Assembly (NCBI GenBank): GCA_001873755.1
Contig: MNZT01000096.1
Location: forward strand, 1 to 23,040
Length of the DNA: 23,040 nt
Source of the DNA: Candidatus Wirthbacteria bacterium CG2_30_54_11
Lineage (GTDB): Bacteria > Patescibacteriota > CG2-30-54-11
Direction of reading: 5' to 3'
Shown here: one piece after another, positions 6,907-14,543 of the stretch
Layout: every line of letters begins with the position of its first letter
How positions within the stretch are numbered: position 1 is the stretch's first letter
Made by a program: the position numbers and the translations under genes
The notes under the pieces: model-generated
What the model was told of the DNA's origin: nothing
Databases searched by the model: none
What the model saw: the letters and a program-made list of their open reading frames with translations, nothing else

Positions 6907-8058
6907 ATGGATGTCAGAGTAGCCGCCACCGGCGGAGTCAGATATGGAGAGCTGTGGACCCTGGGTATCGGGGATCTCATGCGCGCAGCCGCAGCAGATG
7001 TCCTGAAGAATTTTGATGGGGATATGAAGGATATCGATACGCTCGTCCTTTCGAACTGCTTTGCCGGGAGGGCTCTGGGTATCCACACCCTGATTCCCCT
7101 GGCGTACGATGAGCTTGGTTTCCGCGGGCGGATCTTTGAGGTGACCGGCTCGGATGCCACGGGCGGATTTGCCGTGCAGCGGGCAGCCATACTGATCGAG
7201 AGTGGAGTCGCGCAGCGGGTCCTGGTACTGGGGGTCGAAAAGATCGGCGATCTGCTCGCCTCTCAGGTGCAGTCGGCGCTTTCTTCCCTCCTGGGCTCGG
7301 AGCAAGTGTTCCAGGGGCAGACCCTCGCTTCTGACTATGCGCTCATGGCTCGGCAGTACATGGAAACGTACGGGGTGACACTTCGGGACCTCGCACTCAT
7401 CAGTGTGAAAAATCATGCGAACGCCTCACTCAATCCCATGGCCCAGTTTCCTTTTCCTTTGACCGTGGAGCAGGCGGCAGAAAGCCAGGAGATCGCAAGT
7501 CCGCTGAGGGCTCTGGATGCTGCCTCGATCTGTGATGGAGCTTCAGCCCTGATCCTCGAAAAGCCGGGGAAGAATTCCTCGCCGGTCAGCATCGTCGGAC
7601 TGGGCGAAGGGCGCGACCTCCCGGGGCTTCATGACCGGAAAGATCTCACCTCTCTGGCCGCGACCCGGGAAGCGGCACAAATGGCGTACGAGGCCGCAGG
7701 GGTGAGTCCACAGGAGATCGATGTCGCGGAAGTACATGATGTCTATTCCATAGCCGAGCTGATGGCTATCGAGGATCTTGGTTTTGCCAGACCCGGTCAG
7801 GCCAAAACCTGGGTGCGCAAAGGCAGGACGGCCCTCGGGGGCGATCTGCCGGTCAACCCTTCGGGCGGATTGAAAGCGTGCGGTCATGCACCCGGTGCCA
7901 CTGGCGTCAGGCAGGCGGCAGAGATAGCTGTCCAACTAAGCGCTTCAGCCGGCAAGCGGCAGGTGGCAGACGCTTCTGTCGGTCTCAGTCACTCAGTCGG
8001 TGGCAATGGCAGTCAGTGTGCGGTCACCATATTTCGTACTATAGCCATACGAGGATAA
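6907..8058 (+). CDS. Thiolase-superfamily protein (SCP-x / archaeal acetoacetyl-CoA thiolase-like) lacking the nucleophilic Cys (Asp83)
   Basis: 383 aa. LGVEKIGD, NPSGGLKACGHAPGATG and HSVGGNGSQCAVTIF match thiolase C-terminal signatures. The expected xxACASGG segment reads TGSD(83)ATGG (GAT at 7153-7155). Confidence 0.8.
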   Translation: MDVRVAATGGVRYGELWTLGIGDLMRAAAADVLKNFDGDMKDIDTLVLSNCFAGRALGIHTLIPLAYDELGFRGRIFEVTGSDATGGFAVQRAAILIESGVAQRVLVLGVEKIGDLLASQVQSALSSLLGSEQVFQGQTLASDYALMARQYMETYGVTLRDLALISVKNHANASLNPMAQFPFPLTVEQAAESQEIASPLRALDAASICDGASALILEKPGKNSSPVSIVGLGEGRDLPGLHDRKDLTSLAATREAAQMAYEAAGVSPQEIDVAEVHDVYSIAELMAIEDLGFARPGQAKTWVRKGRTALGGDLPVNPSGGLKACGHAPGATGVRQAAEIAVQLSASAGKRQVADASVGLSHSVGGNGSQCAVTIFRTIAIRG

Positions 8059-8060
8059 CC

Positions 8061-8519
8061 ATGAGAGATAATGTCCCTGATTCCTGGCGTCGTCAGAGCG
8101 ATCATGTGATCCCGGTCTCGAGTCACTGCCGCCACTGCCGGGAGACGTTCATCCACGAACGGCATGCCTGTCCCCGTTGCGGGCGGGGCACTATGACGGT
8201 CAAGCCTGCGAGTACGGCGGGGGTCGTCGAATCCTGGACCGAGATTTTTGATCCGCCGGAGGAATTTCACCGGATGCGGCCGTATATCATAGGACTCATC
8301 CGGCTTGATGACGGGGCCCGGCTTTCAGCTCCGATCGTTGACGTCGAGAGCGGGATGCTCGTGAAGGGCATGAGAGTGGAAGCCGTGGTGAGAAAAGTGT
8401 ATGTGCAGGGACAGGATGGTCTGATAGAATATGGGACAAAATATCGGCCTTCCATGAAAGTTATCAAAGAATCAAAGCCGCCCTCTGGGGCGAGCCTCGC
8501 TAAAAGCGGGAAGCAATAA
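8061..8519 (+). CDS. DUF35 protein (Zn-ribbon plus OB-fold; thiolase/HMGCS scaffold family)
   Basis: 152 aa. The Zn-ribbon is C-x2-C-x11-C-x2-C (CRHCRETFIHERHACPRCG), followed by an OB-fold-like YIIGLIRLDDGARLSAPIVDV...GMRVEAV. The ATG lies 2 nt after the thiolase stop, with GAGGA upstream. Confidence 0.8.
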   Translation: MRDNVPDSWRRQSDHVIPVSSHCRHCRETFIHERHACPRCGRGTMTVKPASTAGVVESWTEIFDPPEEFHRMRPYIIGLIRLDDGARLSAPIVDVESGMLVKGMRVEAVVRKVYVQGQDGLIEYGTKYRPSMKVIKESKPPSGASLAKSGKQ

Positions 8520-8523
8520 ATCA

Positions 8524-9402
8524 ATGGTCAAAAAGACGGATACGAAGATCATATCGATCAAAAAGGCGGTCTCCTGGATCAAGGACGGGATGACGGTTGC
8601 TCTGGGTGAATTTTCCTACCAGAATCTGCCGATGGAAGTGGTCAGGGAGATCATCCGTACACGGAAAAAGGATCTGACGATCATCTCCGGCCCTACTTCC
8701 GGTCTGGCCACTGATATGCTGATTTCCGCCGGATGCGTGAGTCGGGTGGTGACCGCCGGGGTCGGGTTTGAGGATGTTGCCGGAATCGCCCCGGGTTTCC
8801 GCTCGGCCTGTGAGAGGGGGACGCTAGAGGTCTGGGAGTGTGATGAGTGCATGTGGCAGGCAGGTCTGGAGGCCGCTGCCCGGGGACAGCCGTTCGCACT
8901 CTGGCAGGGGGGCATCGGCTCTGATATTCCTTCCTTGAATCCTTCTATTCATCTCGTCGTGGTCAGCCCCGCAGGCGAGGTAAAACGGGTCAGATCCCTT
9001 GGGAATGCGGCCCGGAGGGCCAAAGCTACCGGGGGCCAGATCTTTCTTCAGATACCGCCGATAGTACCGGATATCACGTTCATCCACGCGGCTACTGCCG
9101 ATGAGCTCGGGTTTGTCCAATATCCACAGAAGCGGTATCTGGGCAGAGTATTCAATGAAAAACTGCTCAGCGAAGCGACCCGGGGGCCGGTGATCGCGAC
9201 GGTAGAGAAGATAGTTTCTCATGAGCAGATCATGAAGCATCCGGAGCTGACGGTCATTCGGAACGCCTGGGTGGCCCAGGCGCCCCGGGGCGCCTGGCCG
9301 GGAGGCTGCAACGGGGTCTATCCGCCTGACCTGAAGGCGTACCGGGCGTATGTGCGCAGTGGCGGTGATGTACATTTATTCCTGGGAGAGGGAACAGTAT
9401 GA
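8524..9402 (+). CDS. Family-I CoA-transferase alpha-subunit-like protein (GctA/AibA-like), pair 1
   Basis: 292 aa. IISIKKAVSWIKDGMTVALGEFSYQNLPMEVVREIIRTRKKDLTIIS is the typical N-terminal fold of glutaconate/3-oxoacid CoA-transferase A subunits. Confidence 0.75.
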   Translation: MVKKTDTKIISIKKAVSWIKDGMTVALGEFSYQNLPMEVVREIIRTRKKDLTIISGPTSGLATDMLISAGCVSRVVTAGVGFEDVAGIAPGFRSACERGTLEVWECDECMWQAGLEAAARGQPFALWQGGIGSDIPSLNPSIHLVVVSPAGEVKRVRSLGNAARRAKATGGQIFLQIPPIVPDITFIHAATADELGFVQYPQKRYLGRVFNEKLLSEATRGPVIATVEKIVSHEQIMKHPELTVIRNAWVAQAPRGAWPGGCNGVYPPDLKAYRAYVRSGGDVHLFLGEGTV

Positions 9403-10043
9403 CGCAGGTTTCCATGATCAAGGTCAACAAGAAGGCCAAAAAAGTATACCGGCAGGAAGTTCTCCATCGCGGACTTTTTGGGGTGCTTCTGGTCGTGGCG
9501 CTGGCCGTCGGGGTTGTCGCGGGCGGGTTTTTCTTTCCTGCGGTTCGCACGGCCAGCAGCCTGGAGCCGGATACTCCTGGAGACAGGTCCGCGATATCCG
9601 CGGCAGAACGATCTGCCGATCAGCAGAGCGATGAAACTGAAGCCACTTTTTTGTCCGTCGATGCTTCTCCGCCTCCGGCGGCAGAGGCTCCGGTTCCTGC
9701 CCCGGTAGAAGAACAGCCGGCCACCACGATCACTGAAACTACCGACCCGGCTGATATCAGCATGATCATTCTCAACGGTTCCGGGATCGACGGTGAAGCC
9801 GGCAGATTTGCCGAATACGCAGAAGGTAAAGGTGTATCCGTGGTCGGAACCGCGAACGCCAGGCAGTGGGACCATGAAGAGACAGAGATCTATTTTTCGG
9901 AAGATAATGCGGAAAAAGCAAAACTGGTCATGGAGCTGCTGGGCAAGCAATATCCCTGGATCATGTATACAGAAGCGCTCGACGGCAGGGATGCCGACAT
10001 AGTGATTGTCCTTGGTACTACTTCTCCTTTGCAGGGTTCCTGA
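9399..10043 (+). CDS. Membrane-anchored LytR_C-domain protein
   Basis: 214 aa. It has an N-terminal basic stretch and one TM helix (GLFGVLLVVALAVGVVAGGFFF), a Pro/Ala/Glu-rich linker, and a C-terminal ISMIILNGSGIDGEAGRFAEYAEGKGVSVV...DADIVIVLG (LytR_C signature). ATGA overlaps the upstream stop and TGATG overlaps the downstream start. Confidence 0.7.
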   Translation: MTQVSMIKVNKKAKKVYRQEVLHRGLFGVLLVVALAVGVVAGGFFFPAVRTASSLEPDTPGDRSAISAAERSADQQSDETEATFLSVDASPPPAAEAPVPAPVEEQPATTITETTDPADISMIILNGSGIDGEAGRFAEYAEGKGVSVVGTANARQWDHEETEIYFSEDNAEKAKLVMELLGKQYPWIMYTEALDGRDADIVIVLGTTSPLQGS

Positions 10044-10849
10044 TGAGCAAGAATTATTCTACAGCGCAACTGATGACCTGCGTGATCGCCCGGGATCTCT
10101 CTGACAGCGACCGGGTGGCTTTTGGCCTGCATGCCGGTATTGGCCTGGGTGCAGCTCTGCTCGCCCAGAAGCTGCACGCTCCGCATCTGCAGATACGGCA
10201 TGGTCTGCACGAATCCCTGAAGCCTGCTCTCAGCCCCTCGGCGTGGACGGCAGAGAAAAGGACGGAGAGCCGGGTATCCTATTTTGAATCTCATGATGAA
10301 ATGCTGCTCTGGGGCAACCCGACCGGTAGTCAGACCTTTTCCAGCGTCTTTTTCATCAGTGGTCTGCAGATCGACCGGTACGGCGCGACCAATCTGGTGG
10401 GCATCAGGAACCAAGCTTCGAAACCACACATCTGGCTGGTCCGGGGACCCGGCAGCATCGGTACTCCGTCGGCAGCCTGGTTCTGTGCCAAATACTATCT
10501 GTTCTCTTTTTGCCACGATCTCCGCACATTTGTGCCCAAGGTAGACGTAGTGTCTGTGCCCGGTACTGATCGTCTGCGCGCTCTGGGTTACCCAAAGAAA
10601 TTTCCCCGTCTGTGCATCACTCCCCTGGGGGTTTTCGGCTGGGACAATGCCGAAGGAACCATGAAGATCATATCGCTTCATCCCGGAGTTACGATTGACG
10701 AAGTTCAGGAACGGACAGGATTTGAGCTCGTCCGTCCGGATCGGGTGAGAACCACAGAGATTCCTTCATCGGCTGAGCAGAAGGCACTTAAGGAGATTGA
10801 TCCCAAAGGTGAGATTTTTAAGCTCGATAGCACAATGCTGAGGGATTGA
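10043..10849 (+). CDS. Family-I CoA-transferase beta-subunit-like protein (GctB/AibB-like), pair 1
   Basis: 268 aa. STAQLMTCVIARDLSDSDRVAFGLHAGIGLGAALLAQKLHAP, FFISGLQIDRYGATNL and VDVVSVPG align by eye with GctB. The canonical Glu register (Ala of the 'AP' dipeptide +8) is Gly54, with Glu57 three residues later. Confidence 0.7.
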   Translation: MSKNYSTAQLMTCVIARDLSDSDRVAFGLHAGIGLGAALLAQKLHAPHLQIRHGLHESLKPALSPSAWTAEKRTESRVSYFESHDEMLLWGNPTGSQTFSSVFFISGLQIDRYGATNLVGIRNQASKPHIWLVRGPGSIGTPSAAWFCAKYYLFSFCHDLRTFVPKVDVVSVPGTDRLRALGYPKKFPRLCITPLGVFGWDNAEGTMKIISLHPGVTIDEVQERTGFELVRPDRVRTTEIPSSAEQKALKEIDPKGEIFKLDSTMLRD

Positions 10850-10851
10850 CC

Positions 10852-11601
10852 ATGACTACCATCATCACCTTGAAAGATATAGCTGATCTGATACCGGCCG
10901 GATCCCGTCTGATATGCGGTGGTTTTCAGGCCAACCGGGCTCCGGTCGGTCTCGTGCAGGCTTTGCTCGACGGCCCACCCGGTCAGTTCGCGCTTACCGC
11001 ACTGCCCAACCCGGTGCCGACCGACATGCTGCTTCGTGGTGACAGATTGTCTCTGCTTGATACAAGTTTCAATGGACTGGAGCTTTCGGACGGCTTCCAC
11101 TCCTCAGCCGGCTTTCGCCACGCCATAGAATGTACGAACATCGGTTGGAAAGAGAGCGATGTGTACGAGATCATCCAGGGAATGCGTGCGGCGGCCATGG
11201 GGCTGCCCTTCATACCGGCACCTGAGATAGCGGGTTCTCAGTATACGGAGAGTCAATATCACCGTATTCATCGCGTGGTCGACCCGTTCCATGGCGGGGA
11301 AAGTGTTTTTGCGGTTCCACCCTTGAACCCTGACGTGGCGCTTCTCCATGTGCAAAAGGCTGACCGTAACGGCAACCTCTGGATCGAGGATCCGCTCTAT
11401 GATGAGATCATTCTGCAGGCGAGCCGTCTGACGATCGTGAGCTGCGAAGAACTTGTCGACAGTATCGACCGGCCAACCATCAGTGGACTGTTCGTGGATC
11501 ATGTTCTGGCGATCAAAAACGGGGCGGCGCCGACCGGTTGCCGGGGGTATTACGGACCGGATGAGAAACGCCTGCAAGAGATCCTGGGAGGTACGCGATG
11601 A
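10852..11601 (+). CDS. Family-I CoA-transferase alpha-subunit-like protein (GctA/AibA-like), pair 2
   Basis: 249 aa from the ATG at 10852; the ORF track uses TTG at 10846, which overlaps the upstream stop. ITLKDIADLIPAGSRLICGGFQANRAPVGLVQALL and ALLHVQKADRNGNL are typical alpha-subunit segments. Confidence 0.75.
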   Translation: MTTIITLKDIADLIPAGSRLICGGFQANRAPVGLVQALLDGPPGQFALTALPNPVPTDMLLRGDRLSLLDTSFNGLELSDGFHSSAGFRHAIECTNIGWKESDVYEIIQGMRAAAMGLPFIPAPEIAGSQYTESQYHRIHRVVDPFHGGESVFAVPPLNPDVALLHVQKADRNGNLWIEDPLYDEIILQASRLTIVSCEELVDSIDRPTISGLFVDHVLAIKNGAAPTGCRGYYGPDEKRLQEILGGTR

Positions 11602-12314
11602 ATCCTCGAGACAAGATGATCTCGTATCTGGCCGGTTTGATCCGGGATGGCGACCTCGTCTCCACCGGGGTGGCTTCGCTCATCCCTTTTCTGGCGGTCG
11701 CTCTGGCGAAGCGGACATACGCTCCTGCGAGCAGGTTCATCACCTGCAGCGGAGCGGTGGATCCGGTTTTTGAGCAGGCAGGCCTGTCCTCTGACGACAG
11801 CTCCACTTTTTCGTCCTGGTCTTCCTTCGTTCCTTTGCCTTCACTCTTTGACCTCGGGGTCCGTGGCGGCATCGATGTCATGTTCTTTTCCGGGGCACAG
11901 ATCGACCAGAGTGGCAGGATCAACCTCACTTCGATAGGTGATTATCTCAAACCCAAGGTCAAGTTGCCAGGTCCGGCTGGCTCCACAGTGATGCTCCGCC
12001 GGGTGCAGCGGCCGGTCCTGTTCACGCTGCAGCACACGACGCGGACGCTGGTTGCGGAGGTTGATTTCGTGACCGCAGACGGCTGCGCGACCAGAGACAG
12101 CATCGAGCTGGTGACGGAGCTCGGTGTGCTGACGCTTCGGAAGGATGCTCCGGCAGTGATGACCGCCCGGTTCAGTGATCTGTCAGAACAGGAGATACAG
12201 GAAAGGACCGCTTTCCCTCTTGTTTTTCAGAACCGAGAGGCGAGGGAGCAGGATATTCACACCAATACTGCTATACTGAACGAGCTGGACCCTGAGGGCC
12301 GCAGGTATCATTGA
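11598..12314 (+). CDS. Family-I CoA-transferase beta-subunit-like protein (GctB/AibB-like), pair 2, with Cys in place of the catalytic Glu
   Basis: 238 aa. MISYLAGLIRDGDLVSTGVASLIPFLAVALAKRTYAPASRFITC(50)SGAVD corresponds to (V/S)E(S/N)G in bona fide transferases. FFSGAQIDQSGRINLTSIGDY is the conserved beta-subunit segment. ATGA overlaps the upstream stop. Confidence 0.75.
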   Translation: MNPRDKMISYLAGLIRDGDLVSTGVASLIPFLAVALAKRTYAPASRFITCSGAVDPVFEQAGLSSDDSSTFSSWSSFVPLPSLFDLGVRGGIDVMFFSGAQIDQSGRINLTSIGDYLKPKVKLPGPAGSTVMLRRVQRPVLFTLQHTTRTLVAEVDFVTADGCATRDSIELVTELGVLTLRKDAPAVMTARFSDLSEQEIQERTAFPLVFQNREAREQDIHTNTAILNELDPEGRRYH

Positions 12315-12343
12315 GGACAAGTTTCCTAGAGGGGAGTCGTACG

Positions 12344-13894
12344 ATGAGATCAACGGTGAAACCATTCAAAAAGATTCTGATCATCAACCGCGGCGAAATC
12401 GCTGTGCGGGCCATCCGGGCCTGCCGGGAGCTCGGGATCTCGGTCGGGGTCATCTATAGCCGCGCTGATGTTCACTCCCTGCCGGTCAAGCTGGCGGATG
12501 AGGCTTTTTTCATGGAGGGCGAGAGCGACATCAGCGCCTATCTCGACCAGCAGAAGATCGTCGATGTCGCCAGGACTCATCGGTATGATGCGGTCTATCC
12601 CGGGTATGGCTTTCTGGCTGAGAATTCTTCTTTTGCTGCTCTGTGTGCGGAGCGGGGGATCGCCTTCATCGGACCGTCTGCTGCGGTGCTTCATTCACTG
12701 GGAGACAAAGTCGAGGCTAAACGAATCGCCCGTAAAGTCGGTGCGCCGCTCGTGCCAGGAGAGGACAGGGAGGTTCCCGATGACAAGGATGCCAGGGATA
12801 GCGCCCGGAAGATCGGATATCCGATTGTCGTAAAAGCCTCCGGCGGCGGTGGTGGGCGCGGGATTCGAGTGGTGATGAAGGAGGCTTTTCTTCTGAAAAG
12901 CGTGAAGGAAGCCCAGAGAGAAGCCAAACTGGCTTTTCATAATCCCGGCGTCTATATCGAAAAATTCATCGAAAATCCGCGTCATGTGGAATTCCAAATT
13001 CTGGGTGATCGCTACGGCAACGTCATCCATCTGGGCGAACGTGACTGCTCGGTTCAGCGCCGTCACCAGAAGCTGATCGAGGAAGCACCGTCTACCGTAC
13101 TGACCGAGGAAATGCGGCAGAAGATAGGAGCGTATGCCATCGCCATGGCTCGTGAAGTCGGACTGGTCGGCGTAGCCACGGTGGAATTCCTCGTGGATCG
13201 TCAGCAGAATTACTTTTTCATCGAGGTCAATCCGCGTATCCAGGTGGAGCACGGAGTGACCGAACTCATCTGCGGCATCGATCTGGTGAAGTGGCAGATC
13301 AGGGTCGCGCAGGGCGAGAAGCTTTCCCTTCGTCAGAAGGATATCGTGCTCCGAGGCCACGCCATCGAGTGCCGCATCAATTCAGAAGATCCCTTATCCG
13401 AATTTGCGGTCTCCACGGGCGTGATCGAACAGTACCTGCCGCCCGGAGGGACAGGTGTTCGGGTCTGCGGCGGGATCTTTGTCGGTCAGGAAGTATCCTC
13501 CCAGTTCGATACGCTCCTTTTGAAACTGATGGTCTGGGACGAAACGAGAGCAAAGGCGATCGAACGCATGAGGCGAGCCCTGGGAGAATGCATCATCGAA
13601 GGGGTCAAGACGACGCTGCCGTTCCATCGGACGGTCATGGACAACCGGAATTTTCAGAAAGGCGACGTGGATACGGATTTCATCCCCAAGAACAAGATCA
13701 GTCTCCAGATCAGGAAGAACGCCGAAAAGATGAGGCAGCCCAGCCTGCTGAACGACCAGGTCGAATCCATCCGGTATCGGGAGATCGCGCTCATCGCCGC
13801 GTCGGTCTACAAAAACCTGAAACGAGAAATGGGTACCGCGGGCAATGGCGGGTCGAACGCCTGGGTCACCTCGGCGCGTAAGGATCAAATGTAG
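12344..13894 (+). CDS. accC: Biotin carboxylase (ATP-grasp) subunit of an acyl-CoA carboxylase, long archaeal-like form
   Basis: 516 aa from the ATG at 12344, with GGGGAG 7 nt upstream; the track's TTG at 12311 is less likely. FKKILIINRGEIAVRAIRACRELGI, GYPIVVKASGGGGGRGIRVV and FIEVNPRIQVEHGVTE are canonical biotin-carboxylase motifs. A roughly 65-aa C-terminal extension lies beyond the usual AccC end. Confidence 0.9.
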   Translation: MRSTVKPFKKILIINRGEIAVRAIRACRELGISVGVIYSRADVHSLPVKLADEAFFMEGESDISAYLDQQKIVDVARTHRYDAVYPGYGFLAENSSFAALCAERGIAFIGPSAAVLHSLGDKVEAKRIARKVGAPLVPGEDREVPDDKDARDSARKIGYPIVVKASGGGGGRGIRVVMKEAFLLKSVKEAQREAKLAFHNPGVYIEKFIENPRHVEFQILGDRYGNVIHLGERDCSVQRRHQKLIEEAPSTVLTEEMRQKIGAYAIAMAREVGLVGVATVEFLVDRQQNYFFIEVNPRIQVEHGVTELICGIDLVKWQIRVAQGEKLSLRQKDIVLRGHAIECRINSEDPLSEFAVSTGVIEQYLPPGGTGVRVCGGIFVGQEVSSQFDTLLLKLMVWDETRAKAIERMRRALGECIIEGVKTTLPFHRTVMDNRNFQKGDVDTDFIPKNKISLQIRKNAEKMRQPSLLNDQVESIRYREIALIAASVYKNLKREMGTAGNGGSNAWVTSARKDQM

Positions 13895-13901
13895 GTACAG
13901 C

Positions 13902-14543
13902 ATGACCACTGAAGCCAAGTCAAATCGTCGGATCGCGATTCTCGGTGGAGCTTACAATCCTCCGACTATTGCCTATGAAAAAATTGTGAGAGCTGTGCTC
14001 CAGAAGGATGCGGCGCAGGAAGTGTGGCTGATGCCCTATCAGGAGCGCGCATTTGGTAAATTCATGGCCGCCACCGCACAGCAGCGGTTCCGCATGGCTG
14101 AGCTCCTGGCTGGTCAGATCGGCGACCGGGTCAGGGCGTCTGAGGCCGAGATCGCAAGACAAGGGAAAAGCTACACCATCGATACGGTGCGTGAGCTGAA
14201 GAGACTGTATCCGGACTGCGAGTTCTGCTGGATCATCGGTACTGACCTCCTCTATGAGCTTTCGGACTGGAAAGATATCGAGGCACTTACCACGGAAGTC
14301 ACTTTTCTGGGCGTGCTCAGGCCGGGCTACCCGGTCAATGCACAGCTGGTGGACCGTTACCGCGTGCAGCTGCTGCTGGGACCCCGCCTCATGCCGGACG
14401 TATCCGCTTCTCTCGTGCGCCAGAGACTCGCTGCAGGCAAGAACATGCAGGGGCTGGTTCCCGAAGTGATTGAGCGTTATATTGAAGCAGAAAGACTGTA
14501 TCAACCCCAGACAGATCCTACCAGTGTTCAAAAGGAGGAGTGA
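13902..14543 (+). CDS. NadD-like nucleotidyltransferase (nicotinate-nucleotide adenylyltransferase family) with a degenerate (H/T)xGH motif
   Basis: 213 aa. RIAILGGAYNPPTIAYEKI aligns with the NadD motif GGTFDPPHxGH, giving HxGH -> TIAY. SYTIDTV, IIGTDLLYELSDW and the ISxTxxR-like VSASLVRQR are retained. Confidence 0.65.
   Translation: MTTEAKSNRRIAILGGAYNPPTIAYEKIVRAVLQKDAAQEVWLMPYQERAFGKFMAATAQQRFRMAELLAGQIGDRVRASEAEIARQGKSYTIDTVRELKRLYPDCEFCWIIGTDLLYELSDWKDIEALTTEVTFLGVLRPGYPVNAQLVDRYRVQLLLGPRLMPDVSASLVRQRLAAGKNMQGLVPEVIERYIEAERLYQPQTDPTSVQKEE

Noticed and set aside
9890-10681. 263-aa minus-strand ORF
   Set aside because: It is antisense to the GctB-like gene (10043-10849), whose translation aligns by eye with CoA-transferase beta subunits (FFISGLQIDRYG, VDVVSVPG). 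It has no motifs of its own.
12695-13360. 221-aa minus-strand ORF; also the plus-strand 13291-13881 alternative-frame ORF
   Set aside because: Both lie inside the biotin carboxylase gene, whose frame carries canonical ATP-grasp motifs. The alternative frames are Arg/Gly/Pro-rich with no recognisable domains.
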